In this document: positions 40,922 to 50,816 of the stretch, piece by piece
Numbering within the stretch: the first letter of the stretch is position 1
Layout of the letters: the number at the start of each line of letters is the position of its first letter
Origin: Acidobacteriota bacterium
GTDB lineage: Bacteria; Acidobacteriota; Terriglobia; Terriglobales; SCQP01
Direction of reading: 5' to 3'
DNA: 64,000 bases
NCBI GenBank assembly: GCA_021826505.1
Contig: JAKAZV010000003.1
Span: 643-64,642 of the forward strand
The notes under the pieces: model-generated
The model's database searches: none
The model's input: the letters and a program-made list of their open reading frames with translations, nothing else
What the model was told of the DNA's origin: nothing
Program-made: the position numbers and the translations under genes

Positions 40922-42250
40922 ATGGATGTCACGATCGGCCGCCGCCTGGCGGCGCGGGCATTAATGGCGGTGGATGCGGGGGCCTGGGCCGCGGACTGGC
41001 TGCGGCAGGCTTTTGAAAGCGACGCTCTGCCGCCGGTGGAACGGCGGCTGGCCACCAGCCTGACGCTGGGCGTTTTGCGCCGTCGCGCCTGGCTGGATGA
41101 TCAAATTCAAGCGCGATTGCAGGGCGGGGCCGGCTATTTTTCCAGACTGGATCCGCCCGTGCTGCATGCTTTGCGCCTGGGCGCCTATCAGCTAGGCTGG
41201 CTGAATCGCATGCCGCGCGCGGTCGTGATTGATCAGGCGGTAGAGTCGGTCAAACTCGCCCGTCTGCGTTCTGCGGCCGCGCTGGTCAATGCGGTGCTGC
41301 GCCGGATGGATGGAGCGCAATTGGCGCAGCCTCCAGCCGCCACACCGAGCCTCGATGACGCAAGCTGGCGCGCCTGGCTTTCGCATCCCGGCTGGCTGCT
41401 TGAGCATTGGCGGAATCGTTGGGGAGAGGCGAGCGCGATCCGCATGGCGGAATGGAACCTGCGGGCGCCTGGGGAAACTATTTGTGATCCCGCCGGACAA
41501 TCTGCGCTGGGTGAACCCGGCGCCTGGGTTTCCGGATCCCGCCGGCTGTCACCCGAAGAAACCCGCAATTTCCAGAATTCCTCCGCCGTCTGGCTGCAGA
41601 ACGAAGCTTCCCAGTTCATCGCATTGCTGCCTGGCTATGATGATGATCAACCCGGAATGGCATGGGTCGAAGCCTGCGCCGCGCCCGGGGGCAAAGCCGC
41701 GGCGAGCGCTCTGCGCCAGCCGCATCGAACGGTGATCGGCCTGGAAAAGAATTTTTCGCGAGCGCATACCATGCGGCAGCGGTACCCCGCGGCCAATTTG
41801 CATGTCGTGGTTGCGGACGCGCTCCGCCCCTGGCCCCTGCGCTTTTCTCCTTCCCGCATCCTGCTCGATGCGCCTTGCAGCGGCACAGGAACTCTGGGAC
41901 GCAACCCCGATCTGAAATGGCGTCTGCGTCCGGAAGATCCCGCGCGGTTGGCCATGCTCCAGCATGATTTATTGAGCCAGGCACTGCGTGGCGCGAGCCC
42001 CGGCGCCCGGGTAGTTTATAGCGTCTGCTCGCTGGAAGCGATAGAAGGCGAGGATCTGATCCGCAATATCTTATTGGAATTTCCCGCCTGGCGCCTGATT
42101 GATTCCCGAAAGATCCTTACGCATTTACAAAATCGCGGAGCGATTCATCATGTGCCCGCGGATCTGATTTTGGATTCCGGCATACGGATTTTACCCGGTG
42201 CTGGAACGGGCGACGGATTTTTCGCCGCTGTTTTGGAGGCTGGGGCGTAG
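40922..42250 (+). CDS. rsmB: 16S rRNA (cytosine-C5)-methyltransferase RsmB/Sun
   Basis: NusB-like N-terminus, then the SAM-MTase motifs CAAPGGK, LLDAPCSGTGTLGRNPDLKWR and YSVCSLE. Confidence 0.8.
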   Translation: MDVTIGRRLAARALMAVDAGAWAADWLRQAFESDALPPVERRLATSLTLGVLRRRAWLDDQIQARLQGGAGYFSRLDPPVLHALRLGAYQLGWLNRMPRAVVIDQAVESVKLARLRSAAALVNAVLRRMDGAQLAQPPAATPSLDDASWRAWLSHPGWLLEHWRNRWGEASAIRMAEWNLRAPGETICDPAGQSALGEPGAWVSGSRRLSPEETRNFQNSSAVWLQNEASQFIALLPGYDDDQPGMAWVEACAAPGGKAAASALRQPHRTVIGLEKNFSRAHTMRQRYPAANLHVVVADALRPWPLRFSPSRILLDAPCSGTGTLGRNPDLKWRLRPEDPARLAMLQHDLLSQALRGASPGARVVYSVCSLEAIEGEDLIRNILLEFPAWRLIDSRKILTHLQNRGAIHHVPADLILDSGIRILPGAGTGDGFFAAVLEAGA

Positions 42251-42259
42251 TGGCGTAAT

Positions 42260-42287
42260 AAAAAAGCGGAGCCCATGCGGGCTCCGC
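42260..42287 (-). terminator. Rho-independent terminator for the BON-protein gene (between convergent genes)
   Basis: On the minus strand: GCGGAGCCC-GCAT-GGGCTCCGC followed by TTTTTT. Confidence 0.65.
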
Positions 42288-42310
42288 CTGGGTTTATACA
42301 TGAAAAAAAT

Positions 42311-43921
42311 TCAGCTCCATGCGGGCGGATTCTGGCTGCTGCTGCCGGCATTCGCGCCGCTGGCGGAGCCATTTCCTGGATTTGCGCCGTTGGACTGAAC
42401 CTGGATATGATCTTTGATCTTCATGCCCGGCGCGGCTTGCTTGGTCAGTTTCACCGCATGTTTCTTGTCGGTGTTGCTGTTGACCGTGCCATTCAGCGTG
42501 ACGTGATTTCCGGTAACCGACGCGGTCACGTTTGCCAGGGCCGGATCGGAAGCCAGTTGATTTTGCACCTGAGTCTGCACGTTGCTGCCTGAGCTGGGCT
42601 GGCCTGCCGCCTGGCTGGAGGAAGAGCCGCTGGAGCTTTGCCCGGACTGTCCCATCTGTCCGGATTGGCCGGATGAAGACCCCGCTTGCCCACTCTGTCC
42701 GGATTGCCCGCTTTGCCCCGACTGTCCGGACTGACCGGAAGAAGAGGATTGCCCCGATTGTCCGTTCTGCCCGGATTGCCGGACACGGTAAGCAATCATC
42801 ATTGCCGGTGGCTGTTGTGTTCCGGAGGTGCCATTCGGCATTCCGCTGCCGCTGGTGCCGTTCCCGGAGGGATTGCTGCCCGCGCCCTGCATCGGTGGAT
42901 TTGCGTTGGAGGGTTGGCTGGATGAACCCGAAGGCTGGTTCTGCATCGGGCTGGCATTCTCATTGACCGTAATATGATTTTTTACTTTGGTGACCCCGGC
43001 AATGGCTTTCACCAGTGCGGCCGCGTGTTTTTTCGCGCTATGGGTGGGAACCACCCCCGACAGTGTCACCTTGCCGCTGGGGCTGGCAACCGCATTCACC
43101 GTGTATTGACTCAGTTCCGGATCGGAAAGGATCGCCTGGCTCACCTGCGATTGCAGCGATGACCCTGTGGTGGCTGAACTGGAGGGATTGCCCGCGGCCT
43201 GGGAATTACCGCTGCTGGAAGATTGCGCATTGCCGCTTTGGCTGCCGCTCATGCCGGAAGAAGCGCTGGAAGATCCCGAATTGCCGGCCGGCGGTGTGCT
43301 GGCGCCAGAACTGGATTGTCCGGAACTATTGCCACTCTGCTCCGAAGCATTGCCGTTCTGACCGGAAGCATTTCCGCTCTGGCCCGGCTGCGCTTGTCCT
43401 TGCGACGATTGGTCGGTTTGACCGGCTTGATTGGATGGGTTCGTGCTGCCGCTGGCTGAATTCGACGGGTTTGCCGCCGCGGCCGAGCCGGATGGATTCG
43501 CCGAACCCGAACTTGAATTCGAATGGGTAATCTGATTGGTCACGCTCACCACGCCGGGCACGGATTGCACCACTGCGGCCGCGTGTTGTTTCAAGCTGCG
43601 GCGGGCCACATTGCCCATCAGCGTCACCTGGCCATTACTCACCGTGGCTGTAATGCCGCTGTTTTGCAGCTGCGGATCGTTATTAATGGCGTTTTGCACC
43701 TGCTGCTGAATCTGCGCATCCGTCATGGCCGGCTGGCCCGATTGCCCCGTGGCCTGTCCCGTGGCATTGCTGCCGGATTGTCCGCTGGCCTGACTGGATT
43801 GAGATCCGCCGCTGGAGTTCATGGTTCCGGATCCGCTGGTTTGCTGAGCCGCCAGAAATCCCCATTGCATGCCCGCCGCTATCGCCAGAATCGCCCATCG
43901 TTTCCCACCAGGTATTTTCAT
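42311..43921 (-). CDS. Secreted multi-BON-domain protein with long Ser/Gly/Gln low-complexity linkers
   Basis: Signal peptide. Four units of the type Q.V.NA/QL..DP.L....I...V..G.VTL.G.V (BON-like), separated by S/G/Q/N-rich tracts. Confidence 0.75.
   Translation of the reverse strand: MKIPGGKRWAILAIAAGMQWGFLAAQQTSGSGTMNSSGGSQSSQASGQSGSNATGQATGQSGQPAMTDAQIQQQVQNAINNDPQLQNSGITATVSNGQVTLMGNVARRSLKQHAAAVVQSVPGVVSVTNQITHSNSSSGSANPSGSAAAANPSNSASGSTNPSNQAGQTDQSSQGQAQPGQSGNASGQNGNASEQSGNSSGQSSSGASTPPAGNSGSSSASSGMSGSQSGNAQSSSSGNSQAAGNPSSSATTGSSLQSQVSQAILSDPELSQYTVNAVASPSGKVTLSGVVPTHSAKKHAAALVKAIAGVTKVKNHITVNENASPMQNQPSGSSSQPSNANPPMQGAGSNPSGNGTSGSGMPNGTSGTQQPPAMMIAYRVRQSGQNGQSGQSSSSGQSGQSGQSGQSGQSGQAGSSSGQSGQMGQSGQSSSGSSSSQAAGQPSSGSNVQTQVQNQLASDPALANVTASVTGNHVTLNGTVNSNTDKKHAVKLTKQAAPGMKIKDHIQVQSNGANPGNGSASGANAGSSSQNPPAWS
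42637..42783 (-). repeat. Imperfect tandem coding repeat encoding (SGQ)n
   Basis: Encodes QSGQNGQSGQSSSSGQSGQSGQSGQSGQSGQAGSSSGQSGQMGQSGQ. The plus strand shows reiterated CTGTCCGGATTGCCC-type units. Confidence 0.7.
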
Positions 43922-44214
43922 GTCCTTTTCCCCTTGTTGATTGGGAAGGGTTTACTCCTTCCTCATATCAATAGAAATGCTTCTTATGTCATGCGTGGTT
44001 GCCATGCCGGCACGGCCGTGCTCTGGAAATGCAGAGTGGAATCGCGCATGCGGAATTGGTCATTGCCGGGTTTCGCTAACGGCGGGTACTTCGCTTATAG
44101 TGGTTCGATGCGATATGTTCCATGTCGCATATACCGCTCAACCAGGCATGCAAAGTTCTGATCTGACGGCCCGCTTTTGCCATATTTTCATTTGCTTTGC
44201 CATGTGACTGACGC

Positions 44215-47200
44215 ATGTGGACGCATTCCATCCCGCTGATCTTCAGTGTTTTGTCATCGGGGGTCTTTTTTTCCCTGGTCTGGTATCGCCGGCAGGATAA
44301 ATATCTGCGTTCCTGGCTGGGGTTCTGGCTGGCCATGAGCCTGCGCCAGATCGCGCTGGATTGGGGCTGGCATATTTCCACCCGGCTGCAGGCGGATTTT
44401 GCCGATCTCTTTCTCTTTTTCGGCCTCAGCCTGCTTTGGCTTTCCGCGCAGCAACTCCGGGGCAGGCCCGACGGATGGCCGCCATTATGGCTAGGCCTGG
44501 GCGGCTTGGGGTGGAGCATAGTGGCTCGCCACTTGGGCACGGCGTCAAGCCTTTGGTCCAGTCCCGCGATTCCTCACTTGCTGGCTTTTGCCTTGGTCGG
44601 CGGGAGTTTTTTGCTGGCCGGGCGGCGGGAGTCGCGTCCTTCCTGGAGCCAGAGTTTTTTAGCCGTGGCAATTGCGTTCTGGGGTGTTGTCAGCGTGGCG
44701 GGCATGCTGCCTTTTCTGGCCGGTTTGGGGCCGGAGCTGGGACTGACCCTGCCCACAAGCACTTTGCTGGTTTTGTGCATGCTGCTGGTCATCTATGAGG
44801 AGGAAGTACGCACCACCAACCGGCATCTTCTGGCTTTATCCAGTCTGCATCTGACCGGACCGGGCGCGGCCGCGACAGAAGAGATTCAGCAGGTTCTGGA
44901 AGGATTGCTGGACCGGATTTTAGGCAATATTTCCTCACATGCCCTGATCTGGGTATTGCCCGGAATGTCGGTCAATAACCAGCGCTTGAATCGCGGGTTT
45001 TCCCCGGAATTTTCCGCGTATCTGCAAGCCAGCGGGGGCGACTGGCTTTCGGACTGGCTGCCTCGTCTGGGTGGCATTCTGGTTTTGCGCGATCTGCGCC
45101 GGCAGGAGCTTGGGGGCCTGGAAAAAGATCCCCGGCTGGTGGATTTACGCCGCCGCGCCCGCGCCGAATCCGTGCGCGGATTGACCTGCATAGGGCTGCA
45201 AAGCTCCCGCCAGTTGTTGGGCTTCATCCTGCTGGGCCATGACCGCCGGCGCGGTTTATTGGCCGGCGAATTGCGCATGACCATGGGATTGTCGGCGCAA
45301 ATCGCGGTAGCGCTGGAAAATGTGCGGCTGGTGCGCGAATCCCTGCGCCGCGGAGAAGAATTTGAAATTCTCACCCATATCGGCACCGCGATCAGCTCTT
45401 CCCTGGATAGTGAAAGCCTGCTGCGCCTGATTCATGCCGAATTGCAGAAGCTGATTGATGTCCGGAATTTCTATGTCGCTTTCCGGGATGCTGAAATCCA
45501 GGCGATTTTCTTTGAACTGGAAATTGAAGATGGCTTTCCGCTGGCGCCGCGCCGCCGCGCGGCGGCGGCTGGCTTAACCGAATATGTTCTGCGCCAGGGC
45601 CAGGCCTTGCTCATTCCCAGTCAGGTGGGCGCGTTCCTGGACCGCATGGGCCTCGAGCGTCAGGGACGGGAGGCGCGCAGCTGGATGGCGGCGCCGATTT
45701 TCATCCAGGGCCAGGCCCGCGGTGTCATGGCCGTGCAAAATTATGAGCGGGACTTTGCCTATGACCGCGAGCACTTGCGGGTGCTCGAAATTGTGGCGGG
45801 CCAGGCCGCGGTCGCTCTCGCCAACGCCCGTTTATTCACCGATGAACAGCGCAGTAACCGGGAACTTTCATTTCTCAACCGCATTGCCCATATCTCGATT
45901 TCCACGCTCAACGCCGATGAAATGCTGCGTTCGGTGACCCGGGAGATTCATACCACCTTCGAATGTGATTTTGTCGGCATCGCCCTGATTCAGTTCCGCG
46001 ATCGCAATCTGGCCTTCCGCGCGGAAAGCAGCAGCTTGCCGCCCGCTCCGGCGGGCACGGAAATTTCCCTCTCTTCTCCCGCCTGGCAGCCGGTTTTGCG
46101 GGAGGGTCAATTATTGCGCTGGGAGCGTGATGGCGGCGGAATGGCCGAAGGCATCGCTCCGCTTCATCCCGAAGCCCGGAAACTGCTGGCGCTGCCGGTT
46201 CGCTACGCCGGTCAGACGCTGGGTTTGCTTTATATGGAGAGCCGGCATCCCGCCAGTTTTCCTCCCGAGCAGGTGCGAACCCTCCAGACCCTGAGTGATC
46301 AGATGGCCGCGGCGCTCAACAATATCGTGCTGTTCCAGCACATGCAGCAGCAGGCGATTACCGACGGCCTGACGGGCTTGAAAACCCGGCGCTTTTTCAT
46401 GGAATCGCTGCAGGCGGAATGGAAGCGGGCCGGGCGCGGGGGCCGTGGCTTTGCCCTGGTGCTGATTGATCTGAATGACTTTAAGCAGTTGAACGACACT
46501 CTGGGGCATTTGGAAGGTGATGTGGCTCTGACCCGCACCGCCCGCATTCTGGAGCAAAAATGCCGGGCCGGGAGCATCATCGCCCGCTTTGGCGGCGATG
46601 AATTCACCGTCCTGCTGCCCGATACCCACGCCGATCAGGCGCGAGTTCTGATTGAACGCCTGAGTACGGCCCTGAATCAGGATCAATTGCTGCGGGAACG
46701 CAAGGTCAGCTGCAGCTTCGGCCTGGCCAGCTTTCCCGAACAGGGCGCCACGCCGGAAGAGGTGCTGCGCGCGGCCGATCTGGATATGTATGCCCAGAAA
46801 CAGCAGCATGGCCGCGTGCTTGATGAAACCAAATCCAGCCGCCATGAATCCGCGCCGGTATCGCTGATGTCCGCCCTGCCCGCCCTGATCAGCCTGACCT
46901 CCAGTCTGGACATGCGCGATGTGCTCGGGGTGGGCCATCATGACCGGGTCGCCGCGCTGGCCTGGAAACTGTCCCGCCAATTGGACCTGAATGAGGCCGT
47001 GCAGGAGCATGCCCGCCTTGCGGGACGGCTGCATGATCTGGGGAAAAGCGGCTTATCAACCCAATTTCTCCATCGCAGCCAGCTCTCATCCGAAGATTGG
47101 GCCGCCCTGCGGCTGCATCCCGCCTGGGGAGCGGAAATGATTGCCGGTTTAGAGGGCGGTGAAGTGGTGGCGGCCGGCATTGCCGCGCACCATGAATGGT

Positions 47201-47457
47201 TTAATGGCTCCGGCTATCCGCGTGGACTGCGCGGGGATGAAATTCCATTGATCGGACGGATATTGGCCTTGGCGGAAGCTTTCGATGCGATGACCCACCC
47301 GCTGCCTTACCGGCAGCCGGTTTCCTATTCCACGGCCGCGGCTTTAGCCGAACTCGAGCGTCAGGCCGGCTTGCAGTTTGATCCCGAGCTGACCAGTGTT
47401 TTCATTCGCATGCTGCAATTATCTTTGCCGCAGGTCCGGGCGGCTTATTCAGATTAG
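44215..47457 (+). CDS. Membrane sensor protein: N-terminal multi-TM domain, GAF domains, GGDEF diguanylate cyclase and HD-GYP phosphodiesterase
   Basis: 1080 aa. TM helices in the first 200 aa or so. GGDEF block DGLTGLKTRR...ARFGGDEFTVLL. HD-GYP blocks HHDRVAAL, RLHDLGK and HHEWFNGSGYPRGL. Confidence 0.8.
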   Translation: MWTHSIPLIFSVLSSGVFFSLVWYRRQDKYLRSWLGFWLAMSLRQIALDWGWHISTRLQADFADLFLFFGLSLLWLSAQQLRGRPDGWPPLWLGLGGLGWSIVARHLGTASSLWSSPAIPHLLAFALVGGSFLLAGRRESRPSWSQSFLAVAIAFWGVVSVAGMLPFLAGLGPELGLTLPTSTLLVLCMLLVIYEEEVRTTNRHLLALSSLHLTGPGAAATEEIQQVLEGLLDRILGNISSHALIWVLPGMSVNNQRLNRGFSPEFSAYLQASGGDWLSDWLPRLGGILVLRDLRRQELGGLEKDPRLVDLRRRARAESVRGLTCIGLQSSRQLLGFILLGHDRRRGLLAGELRMTMGLSAQIAVALENVRLVRESLRRGEEFEILTHIGTAISSSLDSESLLRLIHAELQKLIDVRNFYVAFRDAEIQAIFFELEIEDGFPLAPRRRAAAAGLTEYVLRQGQALLIPSQVGAFLDRMGLERQGREARSWMAAPIFIQGQARGVMAVQNYERDFAYDREHLRVLEIVAGQAAVALANARLFTDEQRSNRELSFLNRIAHISISTLNADEMLRSVTREIHTTFECDFVGIALIQFRDRNLAFRAESSSLPPAPAGTEISLSSPAWQPVLREGQLLRWERDGGGMAEGIAPLHPEARKLLALPVRYAGQTLGLLYMESRHPASFPPEQVRTLQTLSDQMAAALNNIVLFQHMQQQAITDGLTGLKTRRFFMESLQAEWKRAGRGGRGFALVLIDLNDFKQLNDTLGHLEGDVALTRTARILEQKCRAGSIIARFGGDEFTVLLPDTHADQARVLIERLSTALNQDQLLRERKVSCSFGLASFPEQGATPEEVLRAADLDMYAQKQQHGRVLDETKSSRHESAPVSLMSALPALISLTSSLDMRDVLGVGHHDRVAALAWKLSRQLDLNEAVQEHARLAGRLHDLGKSGLSTQFLHRSQLSSEDWAALRLHPAWGAEMIAGLEGGEVVAAGIAAHHEWFNGSGYPRGLRGDEIPLIGRILALAEAFDAMTHPLPYRQPVSYSTAAALAELERQAGLQFDPELTSVFIRMLQLSLPQVRAAYSD

Positions 47458-47662
47458 ACGCGGGAGCCGCCGGGCAGGTCGGGTTTTCCTCCGCCACCGT
47501 GCGCAGGCGATGCAGTTCCGAGGCTAAATAGCGGCCCGGCCAGCGGCAATGGGGGCAGGTGGCGCGATAAATGCTATAGTGATCAAGCTTCTGGCATTCC
47601 GGGGTAGAAAAAAATCGGCCGCAACGCCCGCACTTGATTTGAAAGCCAGCTTTCACCTGCAT
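47402..47662 (-). CDS. Putative small zinc-ribbon protein
   Basis: 86-aa ORF with two CxxC pairs (CGRCG...CPHC). Its 3' end overlaps the convergent sensor gene by 56 nt. No family recognised. Confidence 0.35.
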   Translation of the reverse strand: MQVKAGFQIKCGRCGRFFSTPECQKLDHYSIYRATCPHCRWPGRYLASELHRLRTVAEENPTCPAAPASNLNKPPGPAAKIIAACE

Positions 47663-47823
47663 GCCTTTTGCCCACTCCCGTTCCTGTTTGGATGACGATT
47701 CACCTGCCCGCGGACGGGTGATTTCCGCTTTTTACCCGATTAGCTTCCCATGCCCATGCTCCTGCTTTTTTGGCTCAGACCGCCTAAAAAACCACCTGAG
47801 ACTCGATCTTTCCATATGTCTGA

Positions 47824-50757
47824 ATGGAACAAGCCCGATATAATGATCCTTTTGGGCCCAAACAGGCTCCTGGTTGCGGGAGCTGGAAAAAGAGTGTTGA
47901 ACGGGTGAGATTTCGTTTCTTCAGCCAGCTTCCCAGTCCGAGCCATGCCCGGCGATATTTTTGCAAGTGGCTGTTAATACTGGGGTTATTTGGAGTATCG
48001 GCCTGGGCGCAGCTGCCCCGGACGGTGATCGCCGTGCATTGTCACGGCAATCACCGCGTACCCTGCCAGACCATTAAAACCAGAATATTCACCAAACCGG
48101 GCGATCTGTACTCGGTCACCCAGGTCAACCGTGATTTCATGTCGCTGTGGAATACCGGTTTTTTTGACAACCTGAAAATCGGCAGACGTCAGACCAATAA
48201 AGGCATCATTCTCGAAATCTACGTCACCGAGCGTCCACTCATCCGGTCCATCAAATATGTGGGCTTGAAAAGCGTGACCGAATCCGATGTGCTCGATGCC
48301 TACAGCACCGACAATGTCCATCTCGATATGGACAGCCAGTTTGACCCCACCGTCGCCAAGCAGGCCGAAGATGCGATTCGCGAATTGCTGGCGCAGCATG
48401 GCCGCCAGTATGCGGTCATTCATCTTCAGGTCACGCCCCTGCCACCCAGTTCGGTGGCCCTGACTTTTCATATCAAGGAAGGCCCCAAGGTCAAGGTGGG
48501 GCGGATCCGCTTTACCGGCAACCGCCATATCGGCGGCGAAACCCTGGTGCGCAGCATGAAGAACATGCGCCCCATCGGCATTCCCTATTCCATCTTCCTG
48601 GAAGATTTATTCTCCAAGACCTATAGCCAGGCGGGTTTATCGGAAGATCTTGAGCGCATTCGCGAAACGTATCAGGATCATGGCTACTTCGAGGCGGTGG
48701 TGCAGGACCCGCAGCTCCAGCTGCGCACCACCCATAGTTTTCATTTTCTTTTTATTGGCGGCGGCATCGGCAAACAGGTCAATATCACCATTCCCATCGA
48801 GGAAGGCCATAAATATAAAGTCGGCCGCGTGAACTTCATCAATAACCACTTCATTACCAACAAGGCTTTGCTGCTGCATGTCTTTAACATGCAGCCGGGC
48901 CAGACCCTGAATGTTTCCAAACTGCGCAAAGGACTGAAAAATCTGCGCAAGCTGTATGGCCAGTACGGATACATCAATTTCGTGGCCGATCCGCGCATTC
49001 ATCCCAACGAGGCGAAACGCACGGTCAATATCACCTTTGACGTGCACGAGGGCAAGCCGTACTACATCAGGCGCATCGAGTTTACCGGCAACCATACCAC
49101 CCGCGATAGCGTGATCCGCCGGGCATTATTGGTGCAGGAAGGCGGGCGCTTCAATTCTCTGGCCTGGCAGGACAGCATTCTGCGCCTGAACCAGCTGGGC
49201 TATTTCGCCAAAATCTCGCCCCGCGACGCCACCATTACCCAGGACAACAGCGGACCCATCGGGCATGTGGACATCAATCTGCACGTCAGCGAAAAAGGCA
49301 AAAACACCATCGGCCTCACCGGCGGCGTCAGCGGCATCACCGGCAGTTTTCTCGGCCTGAACTATACCACCAACAACTTTCTGGGCCTGGGTGAGACGCT
49401 GTCGGTCGAAGAAGACTGGGGTTCGCTCGAGCAAAGCCTGAGTTTTGGCTTTACCCAGCCCTATTTTATGAACCGGCCTTTCCAGTTGGGGTTCCAGGCA
49501 TACTACAGCAGCTACAACTTCAATCAGGCCAAACAGGCGTCCATTTTTTACGGACAGAACCTGGTCCCCTATTTCTCTTCGCTGGGCAGCCAGAATCTGC
49601 TTAATTATGCGCAGTCCAGCAAGGGATTCAACATTTCCATGGGGTATCCGCTGCAGAATTTCACCCGCCTGGGCATCAGCTACGGCTACGACACATCCAG
49701 CCTCACTCCGCTGAGCAAAGAAGCCAGCCTGCTGTTCGGCTCGATCAGTTATCAGGGCATTGGCGGCCCCAGCAGCCTGAGCGGCATTCGCACCAGCAGC
49801 GTTACCCCGGATTTGAGCTTCAATACCGTCAACGGCACCTTCAGCCCCACCGCGGGTCATTCGATTGATCTGGCCGCGCAAATCGCCGGTCTGGGCGGCA
49901 ATGTCAAGCTGATTCGCCCCACCTTCACTTTTCGCTATTTTCATCCCGCATGGGGGCACGACGTGTTTGCCATGCGTCTGCTCGGCTCCTTTGTCACCGG
50001 GTATGGCGGCGAAGCGCCGCCCACCTTCGACCGCTTTTTCATCGGCGGTGAAGACACGATCCGTGGATTCGATCTTTTGGCCGTGACCCCCATCGCCTTG
50101 ATTCCCACGATCGGATCGCAGGCATTGCTGGATCCCAAAACCGGGTTGCCGCTCTCGATCGCGGTGCCCGATCCCACCCCGACGAATCCGCAAAACACCA
50201 TTGATCAAACCTTTACCGTGCCGATTCCGGAGTATCAGGTGACCACGCCGGGCGGCGACACGGAAGCGGTGGCGAACTTTGAATACCGCCATCCCCTGGT
50301 CGGGCCCGTGACCCTGGAATATTTTGTGGATACCGGGGTCAACATGATTTCATTCCGCAATCAGCTGCAAATCAACCAGACCGTCAGCAACCAGCTGTTC
50401 AGCGATTTTGGCCGCGTTTTCAATCCCCATATCCAGCTTGCCAAAGGCACCAATTCGCAGATACGGATGTCCACCGGCCTGGAACTGCGGGTGATGCTGC
50501 CCATCATGCATGTGCCGTTCCGGGTGTACTATGCCTGGAATCCGCTGCGCGTCAACCAGTACATCAATCCGAATGCGCCGCCCAACTCCTTATTCACCTA
50601 TCAGGATTTCCTGCGCGGCATTCCCCAGGCCTATCAGAACAATGCCCAGGTATTGCAATCCATTCAGTACACCATGCATTATCTGCGCTCGCAGCCGGGC
50701 TTCCATTTCGCGGAAGCGCCGCATGTTTTCCGCTTCACCATCGGCACCACTTTTTAA
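47824..50757 (+). CDS. bamA: Outer membrane protein assembly factor BamA (Omp85)
   Basis: Repeated POTRA units (IRFTGN/IEFTGN), a C-terminal beta-barrel and a terminal aromatic (GTTF). The true start is probably downstream (GTG near 47907, before the signal peptide WLLILGLFGVSAWAQ). Confidence 0.85.
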   Translation: MEQARYNDPFGPKQAPGCGSWKKSVERVRFRFFSQLPSPSHARRYFCKWLLILGLFGVSAWAQLPRTVIAVHCHGNHRVPCQTIKTRIFTKPGDLYSVTQVNRDFMSLWNTGFFDNLKIGRRQTNKGIILEIYVTERPLIRSIKYVGLKSVTESDVLDAYSTDNVHLDMDSQFDPTVAKQAEDAIRELLAQHGRQYAVIHLQVTPLPPSSVALTFHIKEGPKVKVGRIRFTGNRHIGGETLVRSMKNMRPIGIPYSIFLEDLFSKTYSQAGLSEDLERIRETYQDHGYFEAVVQDPQLQLRTTHSFHFLFIGGGIGKQVNITIPIEEGHKYKVGRVNFINNHFITNKALLLHVFNMQPGQTLNVSKLRKGLKNLRKLYGQYGYINFVADPRIHPNEAKRTVNITFDVHEGKPYYIRRIEFTGNHTTRDSVIRRALLVQEGGRFNSLAWQDSILRLNQLGYFAKISPRDATITQDNSGPIGHVDINLHVSEKGKNTIGLTGGVSGITGSFLGLNYTTNNFLGLGETLSVEEDWGSLEQSLSFGFTQPYFMNRPFQLGFQAYYSSYNFNQAKQASIFYGQNLVPYFSSLGSQNLLNYAQSSKGFNISMGYPLQNFTRLGISYGYDTSSLTPLSKEASLLFGSISYQGIGGPSSLSGIRTSSVTPDLSFNTVNGTFSPTAGHSIDLAAQIAGLGGNVKLIRPTFTFRYFHPAWGHDVFAMRLLGSFVTGYGGEAPPTFDRFFIGGEDTIRGFDLLAVTPIALIPTIGSQALLDPKTGLPLSIAVPDPTPTNPQNTIDQTFTVPIPEYQVTTPGGDTEAVANFEYRHPLVGPVTLEYFVDTGVNMISFRNQLQINQTVSNQLFSDFGRVFNPHIQLAKGTNSQIRMSTGLELRVMLPIMHVPFRVYYAWNPLRVNQYINPNAPPNSLFTYQDFLRGIPQAYQNNAQVLQSIQYTMHYLRSQPGFHFAEAPHVFRFTIGTTF

Positions 50758-50816
50758 CCGCGCATATTGACGCTTTTATGATCGGGATTTATACTGATTA
50801 ACCTTGGAGTGAATGC

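Noticed and set aside
42637-42783. A possible CRISPR-like or non-coding tandem repeat array.
   Set aside because: The repeats are short (about 6-15 nt), imperfect, lack spacers, and lie in frame inside the BON-protein gene, where they encode (SGQ)n.
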